DNA of 64,000 nucleotides from Porticoccaceae bacterium (GTDB lineage Bacteria; Pseudomonadota; Gammaproteobacteria; Pseudomonadales; Porticoccaceae): NCBI GenBank assembly GCA_049612225.1, contig JBMZBJ010000001.1, positions 310,885 to 374,884 of the forward strand, read 5' to 3'. Shown piece by piece: positions 32,929 to 40,874 of this stretch (position 1 is its first letter; each line of letters starts with the position of its first letter). The notes under the pieces were generated by a model. It saw only the letters and a program-made list of their open reading frames with translations, ran no database searches and was not told where the DNA came from. The position numbers and the translations under genes were made by a program.

Positions 32929-33942
32929 TTAACTGGATCGCCCATTAAACCAGCGAACCTGATAGGAATACTCATCGACACGGTGGGCCACATCCAGAAT
33001 CAGAGCAAACAGCGCCATACGCACCAGCACGCCGTTGTCAGTCTGGCGAAAGATGGCCAAATTGGGATTGTCGTCCAAGTCATTATCCAGTTCATTGGCA
33101 TCTTGCCGCGAATCTCTGGGCAGTGGATGCATAATTACTGTATTGGGCTGGCAGAACTGCGTGTAGATGGCCTGATTAAGGCGGAACCTGCCGCGGTATA
33201 GGTCGGCCTCCTGTTTACTGCCGAAACGCTCTTCCTGAATGCGTGTCGAGTAGACGATATCTACATCGCTAATTCCCTGAGAGAGATCATCAAAAACTTT
33301 AACTTCAACCCCCGCACTGCGCATATCTTCGACAATCTCCTCGGGGAGAGCCAGCTCTTGGGGCGAAACCAGCACCACCTGAATATCTTGGTAGAGGCAC
33401 AGCAGTTTGCACAGGGAGTGCACTGTGCGGCCATAGCGCAGATCGCCAACCATAGCGACTGTAAGCCCGTCGATATCCCGCCCTTTAGCGGCCATCTCTT
33501 TGCGAATAGTATAGAGGTCTAACAGCGCTTGGGTGGGGTGTTCATTGGCGCCATCGCCACCATTGATAACCGGCACGCGACTGGCACCGGCAAAATCTGC
33601 CACCGACCCCGGCTCGGGGTGGCGCATGCAGATAATATCGCTAAACCCAGAGAGAACCCTGGCGGTATCCTGCAGGGACTCGCCTTTGACCAGCGCTGAA
33701 CTTTCAAAACCGGTGGTCTCCCGCACCTCACCGCCGAGGAGATTAAATGCGGAGCCAAAGCTCACCCGCGTCCTGGTACTGGCCTCAAAGAACATATTGC
33801 CGAGGATGGCCCCCTCGAGCACCCGGGTGACCTTTTGACGCAGAGCGTAGGGCCGCATCTGGTCCGCGACATCAAAGACCCGAGTGACATCCTCGCGCTC
33901 AAACTGGTTGATGGAGAGTATATGGGCGCCCTGAAATATCAA
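32929..33942 (-). CDS. pyrB: Aspartate carbamoyltransferase catalytic chain (E. coli-type)
   Basis: FFEASTRTRVSF, HPTQALLD, GDLRYGRTVHSL and HPLPR motifs. It has a TTG start. Confidence 0.88.
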   Translation of the reverse strand: MIFQGAHILSINQFEREDVTRVFDVADQMRPYALRQKVTRVLEGAILGNMFFEASTRTRVSFGSAFNLLGGEVRETTGFESSALVKGESLQDTARVLSGFSDIICMRHPEPGSVADFAGASRVPVINGGDGANEHPTQALLDLYTIRKEMAAKGRDIDGLTVAMVGDLRYGRTVHSLCKLLCLYQDIQVVLVSPQELALPEEIVEDMRSAGVEVKVFDDLSQGISDVDIVYSTRIQEERFGSKQEADLYRGRFRLNQAIYTQFCQPNTVIMHPLPRDSRQDANELDNDLDDNPNLAIFRQTDNGVLVRMALFALILDVAHRVDEYSYQVRWFNGRSS

Positions 33943-33995
33943 CGGTGTGCCTTATGAATAATTATAATAGACGAATTCTAGCCTGTTTAACTGCG

Positions 33996-35435
33996 CTACT
34001 CTAGTCCAAATTCATCAGCTACCGATCTGTTCCATACAAGCAGCTCATTGAGCACTGCTCGCTTATCCTCTGTCAGTTCAGATTTGCTTAGCAGCTCGGC
34101 GACTGTAGTTCGCTGCTGCTCTAGGGTTAGGTAGCCCGACTCCGGGTCAGACAACCGCCAGCGGCAGCTCTCTGCCCACTGTGCCTGTTCCTGCGCTGAC
34201 AAGGACTGGGGAAAGTATCTGGCGCGGTAGCTAAATAGCAACCTGTTATAGCGGTCATCGTTAAAGTGGAAGCTCTGCTGCTGAAGCTCCTGCACATCGG
34301 CAGTTCGAATTTGCGCTAACAGCGGTTTGTCGCGGTTGGGCAAAAACCCCTGATAGAGCTGCTGTTCAGCCTCGCCCTGAGAGGAGTATTTTGGCGGTGC
34401 AAACACCTGCTGCAGTTTGTTCTGCAGATCAATACCTATTAGGCGTTGCCAGTGTGAGTGACAGCGCTGGGGGTCTATCTCTAGGCGCTTTGAAACCGCA
34501 CTATCCACCACGTTGACCGGCATCACCACTGGCGCTTTGTTGAGATGTATCACTTTCAGGGGGATACGCTGTATATTGTCTGGCAGCTGTTCACTGGCAC
34601 TAAATACCCGCTCCCTGATCTGTTCTGCATCCAATGTAATCAGGGGATCGGGATCTACTGACAGGTCATAGCAGATAATCCCATTGCTATTGGTGGGATG
34701 GGGCGCCACTGGCAACATAATGGCACCGTATAAATGCGCCTTGGAGAGCATTCCGGAACAGTGAAAGAAAGGCTCGGGTTGACGCAGATTGACCAGCTGG
34801 GCAACAGCTGTCTTACTGCGATGCTTTAATACGTAGTCGAATAATTTGGGCTGGGCCTGTTTTACCAATTTCGCCATAGCAATGGTGGCAGTCACATCAG
34901 ACAGCGCATCATGGGCGGCGCCGTGCTCAATATTGTTGGCCCGCGTCAGGTGTTCCAGCTTAAAACTGGGACTGCCGGGCTGGTGATCGGGCCATTCAAT
35001 ACCCTCGGGTCGCAAAGCCCTTGCAACCCGCAACAGATCGATAATATCCCAGCGCGAGTTGCCGCTCTGCCACTCCCGTGCATAGGGGTCATAGAAATTT
35101 CTGTACAGTCCATAGCGAGTCACTTCATCGTCGAAGCGAATACTGTTGTAGCCCACACCACAGGTTCCCGGAACCGCCAGCTGGTTGTGGATCTGCGCCA
35201 TAAACTGAGGTTCAGCTACACCCTGTTGTTGCGCCTGCTGCGGGGTAATGCCAGTGACCAGACAGGCCTCTGGAGCGGGCAGAATATCCCGCTGGGGCTG
35301 ACAGTAGAGCACTAGCGGCTCACCGATCACATTCAATTCGAAATCAGTGCGCAAACCGGCAAACTGAGAAGGTCTATCCACGGCTGGATTGGCGCCAGTG
35401 GTCTCGTAGTCGTGCCAGTAGAAACTATCAGCCAT
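33996..35435 (-). CDS. sbcB: Exodeoxyribonuclease I
   Basis: 479 aa, FYWHDYETTGANPAVDRPSQFAG (a DEDDh exonuclease motif). Confidence 0.92.
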   Translation of the reverse strand: MADSFYWHDYETTGANPAVDRPSQFAGLRTDFELNVIGEPLVLYCQPQRDILPAPEACLVTGITPQQAQQQGVAEPQFMAQIHNQLAVPGTCGVGYNSIRFDDEVTRYGLYRNFYDPYAREWQSGNSRWDIIDLLRVARALRPEGIEWPDHQPGSPSFKLEHLTRANNIEHGAAHDALSDVTATIAMAKLVKQAQPKLFDYVLKHRSKTAVAQLVNLRQPEPFFHCSGMLSKAHLYGAIMLPVAPHPTNSNGIICYDLSVDPDPLITLDAEQIRERVFSASEQLPDNIQRIPLKVIHLNKAPVVMPVNVVDSAVSKRLEIDPQRCHSHWQRLIGIDLQNKLQQVFAPPKYSSQGEAEQQLYQGFLPNRDKPLLAQIRTADVQELQQQSFHFNDDRYNRLLFSYRARYFPQSLSAQEQAQWAESCRWRLSDPESGYLTLEQQRTTVAELLSKSELTEDKRAVLNELLVWNRSVADEFGLE

Positions 35436-35552
35436 CGCCTTAACTTCGATCTATGGATACTGTCTGCTTGGTATTTTTGGCCATCTGTGGACCCCCTTCA
35501 AATACAGTCAACCCGCTAAGTATTGGTCGGCTCGACCACAAATTCAAGTCCA

Positions 35553-35583
35553 CTTTGGCAGGCGCGAAAACTTACCGCCAAAG
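35553..35583 (-). terminator. Hairpin downstream of the fumarase gene
   Basis: CTTTGGCGG-N12-CCTGCCAAAG on the minus strand, 17 nt after the stop. The U-tract is weak. Confidence 0.4.
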
Positions 35584-35599
35584 CCATTGCTGATTTTAT

Positions 35600-37114
35600 T
35601 CAGCTCTGCTCCTGAATTTTCACTTTCCAGATTTCTGGCCCCGAGCGATGCACAGACTCGCCCTGAGTATCTACCGCCACGGTGACCGGCATATCCTCGA
35701 CATCAAACTCATAGATCGCTTCCATACCCAACTCGGGAAAGGCGATTACCTCGGCATTTTTGATGGCTTGAGAGACCAAATAGGCCGCACCCCCCACGGC
35801 GATTAGATAGACCGCCTGGTTGTCTCTGATAGCTTCAATCGCCTGCTGACCGCGCTCGGCCTTGCCGATCATACCCATCAGGCCGGTCTGCTCCAGCAGG
35901 GTACGGGTAAACTTGTCCATCCTGGTGGCTGTGGTCGGCCCCGCCGGACCCACAGCTTCCTCCCTGACAGGATCCACAGGTCCCACATAGTAGATAAATC
36001 GACCACTGAGATCGACTGGAAGCTGCTCCCCGCGGGCCAGCATATCGGTCATCTTTTTATGGGCGGCATCGCGGCCGGTGAGCATTTTTCCCGATAACAG
36101 CAGTGTGTCTCCAGGTTCCCACTGCTCAATCTCCTGTTGAGTAACTTGATTGAGATTGACCCGTCGAATCGATTGATCCGGCTCCCAGGCGATATCCGGC
36201 CAGTCATCCAGCGAGGGCGCCTCAAACTGGGCGGCACCCGAGCCATCGAGCACAAAGTGCAGATGCCGAGTGGCGGCGCAGTTGGGAATAATTGCCACTG
36301 CTTTATTGGCAGCGTGGGAGGGATAATCTTTAACTTTGATATCTAACACTGTGGTCAACCCGCCCAGACCCTGAGCGCCAATGCCCAGGGCATTGACTTT
36401 ATCAAACAGTTCCAACCGCAGTTGTTCATTGCGATTAGCCGCCCCTCTGGCCTGCAACTCGTGGATATCAATGGGGTCGAGTAGTGCTTCTTTGGCCATC
36501 AACATGGCCTTTTCAGCAGTTCCGCCCAGACCTATACCGAGCATGCCTGGAGGACACCAGCCGGCACCCATAGTAGGCACCATCTTTAAAACCCAATCCA
36601 CCACCGAGTCCGAGGGATTGAGCATGGCAAATTTGGATTTGGCCTCAGAACCGCCACCTTTGGCCGCCACATCAATTTCCAACTTATCCCCGGGCACTAT
36701 TTCATAATGGATAACTGCCGGTGTGTTGTCACCGGTATTCTTTCGCTCGCCGTCCGGGTCGGCCAATATGGAGGCTCGAAGCACATTATCTGGGTGGGTA
36801 TAGGCCTGTCTGACGCCCTGATTGATCATATCTGTGAGGCTCAGATCGGCATCCCACTGCACCTCCATACCCACTTTGACAAATACCGTGACAATACCTG
36901 TATCCTGACAGATGGGCCGCTTACCGGTGGCACAGAGGCGCGAGTTGATCAGAATCTGTGCCATGGCATCTTTGGCGGACTTAGACTCCTCGCGGTCGTA
37001 GGCCTCTCCTAGCGCTTTGATAAAATCGGCCGGATGGTAGTAGGAGATGTATTGCAGCGCATCTGCAACACTTTGGATAACATCTTGTTGACGAATAACG
37101 GTCATAGTGCTCAC
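35600..37114 (-). CDS. fumA: Class I (Fe-S) fumarate hydratase
   Basis: 504 aa single-chain class I fumarase (ICQDTGI, ...GGGSEAKSKF..., and a C-terminal beta domain). Confidence 0.9.
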   Translation of the reverse strand: MSTMTVIRQQDVIQSVADALQYISYYHPADFIKALGEAYDREESKSAKDAMAQILINSRLCATGKRPICQDTGIVTVFVKVGMEVQWDADLSLTDMINQGVRQAYTHPDNVLRASILADPDGERKNTGDNTPAVIHYEIVPGDKLEIDVAAKGGGSEAKSKFAMLNPSDSVVDWVLKMVPTMGAGWCPPGMLGIGLGGTAEKAMLMAKEALLDPIDIHELQARGAANRNEQLRLELFDKVNALGIGAQGLGGLTTVLDIKVKDYPSHAANKAVAIIPNCAATRHLHFVLDGSGAAQFEAPSLDDWPDIAWEPDQSIRRVNLNQVTQQEIEQWEPGDTLLLSGKMLTGRDAAHKKMTDMLARGEQLPVDLSGRFIYYVGPVDPVREEAVGPAGPTTATRMDKFTRTLLEQTGLMGMIGKAERGQQAIEAIRDNQAVYLIAVGGAAYLVSQAIKNAEVIAFPELGMEAIYEFDVEDMPVTVAVDTQGESVHRSGPEIWKVKIQEQS

Positions 37115-37129
37115 TTTGAATAGATTGAC

Positions 37130-37894
37130 TTATTCTACTAATGTCTGGGGCTCGGGCTGAGATGGCGGTTGTTGGGCTCCGCTCTGCTCGAGCTTTAAGA
37201 TTTTCTGATTGATCTGTCGACGAAAACCATCGATGGATTTAATTGCCTCGGCGTTGCTGTTCACCTGTCGCTGCAATCGCGCCTGAGAGGCCTTCAGCTT
37301 CTCTAGTGCAGATGCATAGTTGCCTATCGACTGCCTGAGAGTGTCTATCTCTGCGGATAATTCCAGATAATCTCCAGAGATATCCGCCAGTGCGCCCTCG
37401 CCCTTTTCGAGTTCGGTCTGCAACCCAGCAATTGATGCTTCCAGCGCAACGCGCTTGCTGGCAAGGAATGCAATATCCTTGCTATTGTTAGCGATTTTGC
37501 CCTTGTTGGTGTCATTGGCGACGCCCCAGAGCTTTTTAATTTCGCTCCAGTGCTTTTTAAGCTCATCCCCCTGCTTACTAATACTTACCTGCATAGCCGC
37601 ACCAGACTGGGTGACCGACTGATCTGTGCTATTCAATCGCGAATTCAATGTCTCAAATCTCTGTTGCAGATCGATAAAATTTTGATATTGCTGCCAACCA
37701 ATTAAAGCTATAGCGATTGAGGCAAAGAAAGCTACCAGTGCAAGCGTTTTCCATAGCTCCGAGCCTGCACTGGACTGGGTGGAACTGTTACTGGAAATCT
37801 TAACAGTAGGGCCTTCGCCACTGGAATCCACTGGCGTGGGACTGATCAGATCATCTCGCTGAGCAATAATAGGATCTATACGCTCTTTATCCAT
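37130..37894 (-). CDS. Hypothetical membrane-anchored coiled-coil protein
   Basis: 254 aa with one predicted TM segment (LWKTLALVAFFASIAIALIGW), then heptad-like Q/L/E-rich sequence. I recognise no family. Confidence 0.6.
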   Translation of the reverse strand: MDKERIDPIIAQRDDLISPTPVDSSGEGPTVKISSNSSTQSSAGSELWKTLALVAFFASIAIALIGWQQYQNFIDLQQRFETLNSRLNSTDQSVTQSGAAMQVSISKQGDELKKHWSEIKKLWGVANDTNKGKIANNSKDIAFLASKRVALEASIAGLQTELEKGEGALADISGDYLELSAEIDTLRQSIGNYASALEKLKASQARLQRQVNSNAEAIKSIDGFRRQINQKILKLEQSGAQQPPSQPEPQTLVE

Positions 37895-37986
37895 GGAAAC
37901 TATTCACCTGAACTCTTTGATTTGATGTACGGGATTATACTCTCCTCACTGGCGAGGAAAAGGATTGACCGCTCATTTATGTACTA

Positions 37987-38019
37987 TAAAAAAACCGGCG
38001 CTGAGCAACTCAGCGCCGG
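37987..38019 (-). terminator. Rho-independent terminator
   Basis: Perfect 11-bp stem CCGGCGCTGAG-caa-CTCAGCGCCGG, followed on the minus strand by a T-run. Confidence 0.85.
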
Positions 38020-38052
38020 TCCTTTAATTCTGTGCTTAAACGCTGTTTTGGA

Positions 38053-38691
38053 TCAGAGTGTATTTAACACGACAGCCAATACCGCGGTCAGCACCAAGCT
38101 GGACACAATCACACCCTGAATCGTAGTAATTGGACCCTGCTTACCTTTGAGGCCATTCAGCTCGATAGCAGCGATAATCACCAATGCAACTGTCAGTCCG
38201 GTGCCACCCACTGCAGTACCATAGCCATGACCCACATAGTGAGGACCGGCGAACATGCCAAACAGCATCGGCGCTGAGAACAGGGTGTTGGTGCGAGAGG
38301 CCAGCAGCGCCTTGGCTGCCGCAGCGGCTTTATCACCGCCCTCCTCTATGCCCAGGGCAATTCGCTGCGCCGGCCAGATAACCATCCATACATTGGCTGC
38401 CATCAGTATGCCCATTGCCGAACCTATAATAATATAGTTGTTCATCTGCATATTGTGATAGACGCCGCCCAACAGGATCAGGCCGGTGAGGAAGGTGAAC
38501 ATAGCTCCCCAGCGGAACCACCACAGGGCTCTGGGTGCCAGCTTGGCCTTGGCGTCGGCCAATCCTTCCGGCGAGGCCTCTTTGAAGTAGCTACCTTGAA
38601 CAAAGTTAAAGTAGTAGAGCATCCCAATCCAAGTGATACCGAACAGTCCATGTCCCCAGCGGGCGAGAAAATTAATAAATTCAGCAGTCAT
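38053..38691 (-). CDS. Conserved inner-membrane protein (resembles the membrane domain of urate hydroxylase PuuD-type proteins; tentative)
   Basis: Start trimmed to MTAEFINFLARWGHGLFGITWIGMLYYFNF, which has an AAGAGGA ribosome-binding site. It has several TM helices. Confidence 0.6.
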   Translation of the reverse strand: MTAEFINFLARWGHGLFGITWIGMLYYFNFVQGSYFKEASPEGLADAKAKLAPRALWWFRWGAMFTFLTGLILLGGVYHNMQMNNYIIIGSAMGILMAANVWMVIWPAQRIALGIEEGGDKAAAAAKALLASRTNTLFSAPMLFGMFAGPHYVGHGYGTAVGGTGLTVALVIIAAIELNGLKGKQGPITTIQGVIVSSLVLTAVLAVVLNTL

Positions 38692-38824
38692 AACAGGTCC
38701 TCTTAATCGTGCCCCCTTGAGGGCGGTAATTTTTGACTTGGCAATTGTTCTGCAAACGCCTACAAATAGCAATAGTTGAGCGCATTAGAACAGGACTTTT
38801 TAGCGATCCCCACAGCAAATTCCA

Positions 38825-38859
38825 CAAAAAAACCCCGCATCCACAGATACGGGGTTTTT
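38825..38859 (-). terminator. Rho-independent terminator, inferred to be the displaced native groEL terminator
   Basis: On the minus strand: AAAAACCCCGtatctgtggatgCGGGGTTTTTTT. It begins 22 nt after the orphan MGGMM-stop fragment. Confidence 0.8.
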
Positions 38860-38880
38860 CTATAGCTGAGAGAGCGAAGG

Positions 38881-38898
38881 TTACATCATACCGCCCAT
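38881..38898 (-). pseudogene. groEL: Orphan groEL 3' end fragment (codes M-G-G-M-M-stop)
   Basis: The minus strand reads ATGGGCGGTATGATGTAA. The live groEL tail at 41493-41519 reads ...ATGGGCGGTATGGGTGGCATGATGTAG. Confidence 0.8.
38887..38898. repeat. Left copy of the 12-nt direct repeat cataccgcccat (putative att core)
   Basis: Exact repeat of 41508-41519. Confidence 0.85.
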
Positions 38899-39058
38899 TC
38901 TCTCATAACTGATTGTTTTAATTGATAAAATAAATTTTACCTCATGGGCATACCCCACTTCGTACCCCACCAAAAACTCCGGTGGCGGGGTGGGAGGGTT
39001 TTGGGTGCAAATCAACATAGAAATCTCTAGCTGTTTGAACTATATAAAAAGGATGTAT

Positions 39059-39628
39059 ATGGAAATTCTATCAAAAAAAAATAAACCCATTCTCAGAATA
39101 GATAGTTATGGGAGAGCTATTTTTTTCTTTCTAGGAAAAACAATAGGCGGCGATAAAATTCTTCACGTTGAAGAGTTCAAACCTATGCTGCGAAAGGAGA
39201 AGTTCTTGCTGGTTACTTACGAAGGATTGTTACCAATAGCATACGCTCAATCACAATTTGCTACAAATAACGAATTTTCTAAATTTTGTCAATATGCAGA
39301 AAGTTATGCAGTAAAAAATCAAAAGAAAGAAGATGCTTCCATTTTTAATAATTTACTCAACAGTAAGAAGGAAATACCTAGAGTTACACTTTTTATAGTA
39401 TCTATATTGATATTATTTTTTGTAATAAAAATTTCAAATTCTAACACTAACAATTTATCTCTTCTCTTAATAGAGAGTGGAGGTCTACAGTCGTCGTTGT
39501 TTTTTCATGGTGAGTTATTCCGATTATTTACAAGTATCAGTGTCCATGGAAATTTTTCTCATTTATTTTTTAATCTAATCCTTCTTCTGTACTCAGGATA
39601 TTTTCTTGAAAGGAAAGCTTTTAATTGA
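39059..39628 (+). pseudogene. Rhomboid-family intramembrane protease-like gene, 3'-truncated
   Basis: GELFRLFTSISVHGNFSHLFFNLILLLYSGYFLE matches the rhomboid TM2 signature (WR..T..F.H....H..FN). The downstream GxSG catalytic helix is missing. AGGA ribosome-binding site before the ATG at 39059. Confidence 0.55.
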
Positions 39629-40070
39629 TTCAAAGGAACTAAAAGAATTTGGATTGAGAGATTATAGAAAGCAGTCAGCTTCTGTGATGCAAAATGATGA
39701 CCTATTCAGTGGTTAAATAATTGAAAATATTAGTTTTTTTGATCCCAAAGTAGATTTGGAATTGGTAAAAACTTCTGCTTATTTGGCCGGAGTAATGTCT
39801 GAAATAGAATCTATGCCTATGAAATTTCATAGATTTGTTGGAAGTATGGGAATGGCTTTGTCGGGAGGGCAAAAGCAACGAATTTTATTAGCTCGCGCTT
39901 TATATGCAAGGCCTAAAATATTGTTTCTCGACGAAGCTACCAGCCATCTAGATAATGAAAATGAGAAAATAATAAATGATTCTTTAAAGTCGCTAAATAT
40001 TACAATAGTAATGATCGCCCATAGAGAAAGTACAATTAAATTGGCTGATAGGGAAATTAGTTTGGGTTAG
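39600..40070 (+). pseudogene. Remnant of an ABC exporter ATPase domain (bacteriocin/PCAT-type exporter C-terminus) with an in-frame stop
   Basis: A single frame reads ...KGKLLIDSKELKEFGLRDYRKQSASVMQNDDLFSG-TAA(39714-39716)-IIENISFFDP...LSGGQKQRILLARALYARPKILFLDEATSHLD...IAHREST. Walker A, the TMD and any peptidase domain are absent. Confidence 0.8.
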
Positions 40071-40111
40071 TATTTTCTAAAGATTAAACTTCTTGATTAA
40101 AAGCTTACTGA

Positions 40112-40471
40112 CTATTTGCTAGTTTTTTTAAGTACAAATGATAAGGATAGTCCTACAAGAAGCTGATAGATAATATAGGCTAGTATGTAGGTTGGTATAA
40201 TCACTAATGGGAATAGCAAATTATTTTCGAAAAGAGTAGATGCTATAAAAATAAAAGAAATGAAGCTTGTAATGAGTGAAATTGAAATATAAAAAACTCG
40301 AGTAGGAAGAGATTCACGCTGACTATCCCAAGCTTGGGAGGCATTAAAAATAAAGGCACGCTTTTCATTTTTGTTTAATATTCGCCATTTAGACGAAAAA
40401 TAAATGCAACATGCACTACACCCAATCGATCTCAATGAGTATTTTATCTTTGAAAGCAGATTAGGAATCAT
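40112..40471 (-). CDS. Small membrane protein, candidate microcin immunity protein
   Basis: 119 aa with two long hydrophobic helices in the C-terminal half. It starts 45 nt downstream of the microcin-like gene on the same strand. I recognise no family. Confidence 0.5.
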   Translation of the reverse strand: MIPNLLSKIKYSLRSIGCSACCIYFSSKWRILNKNEKRAFIFNASQAWDSQRESLPTRVFYISISLITSFISFIFIASTLFENNLLFPLVIIPTYILAYIIYQLLVGLSLSFVLKKTSK

Positions 40472-40516
40472 GTTGAATTTACTTTTTGACGGTTACTGAG
40501 CATCGGGTTTAATAGC

Positions 40517-40738
40517 TTAAACGCCACTAGTAGCTAGATTGTATCCTACACTAGTTGCAACGCCTATACCAAAGCCAACTGCTGCTCCTGCAAGAGCGCC
40601 AGCAGGGCCTCCAACAATTATCCCAACACCAAAGCCGGCAACAGTAGCTGCCCATGTTGATGCTACACCAAAAGGAATATTTCCAGCTGTAGTGCCGCCA
40701 GTGACTTCGGCTATTTCTGATTTAGTAAGTTCTCTCAT
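40517..40738 (-). CDS. Class II microcin/bacteriocin-like precursor with double-glycine leader
   Basis: The 15-aa leader MRELTKSEIAEVTGG resembles the colicin V leader MRTLTLNELDSVSGG. The 58-aa mature part is Gly/Ala-rich and uncharged. AAGGA ribosome-binding site 7 nt before the ATG. Confidence 0.8.
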   Translation of the reverse strand: MRELTKSEIAEVTGGTTAGNIPFGVASTWAATVAGFGVGIIVGGPAGALAGAAVGFGIGVATSVGYNLATSGV

Positions 40739-40827
40739 TGCTATTTCCTTTAGTCAAATAAAGAGTATGTGGAAATTAGGTTTGAATCCACCCATACACT
40801 TCATTCAACCACATAATTAAGAGGGAA

Positions 40828-40856
40828 TCTATACTTATGTTAAGTATATAGTTCAA
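40828..40856 (-). promoter_or_regulatory. Sigma-70-like promoter candidate for the microcin gene, with overlapping inverted repeat
   Basis: The minus strand reads TTGAAC-17 nt-TATAGA. The palindrome TATACTTA-tgt-TAAGTATA (40830-40848) overlaps the spacer and -10 element. Confidence 0.45.
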
Positions 40857-40874
40857 GCATGTATATCGGTAGTA

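Noticed and set aside
38933-38990. G/C-rich patch (ccccaccaaaaactccggtggcggggtgggaggg) at the left end of the islet, considered as a terminator or att-arm repeat
   Set aside because: The stem is imperfect (6 of 7 nt), there is no T-run, and I could see no second copy elsewhere in the window.
39035-39046. The 12-mer TTGAACTATATA is shared (inverted) between the region upstream of the rhomboid-like gene and the microcin promoter (40845-40856)
   Set aside because: In about 2 kb of roughly 30% G+C DNA, one exact AT-rich 12-mer match is about what chance predicts by my rough estimate. At 39035 the implied -10 would overlap the start codon. I keep it only as a weak hint of a shared regulatory motif.
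40539-40820. 93-aa Pro/Ala/Thr-rich ORF on the plus strand inside the islet
   Set aside because: It is the mirror image of the Gly/Ala-rich microcin-like gene, since GGN and GCN codons read antisense give Pro and Ala. The minus-strand ORF has the leader motif and a ribosome-binding site.
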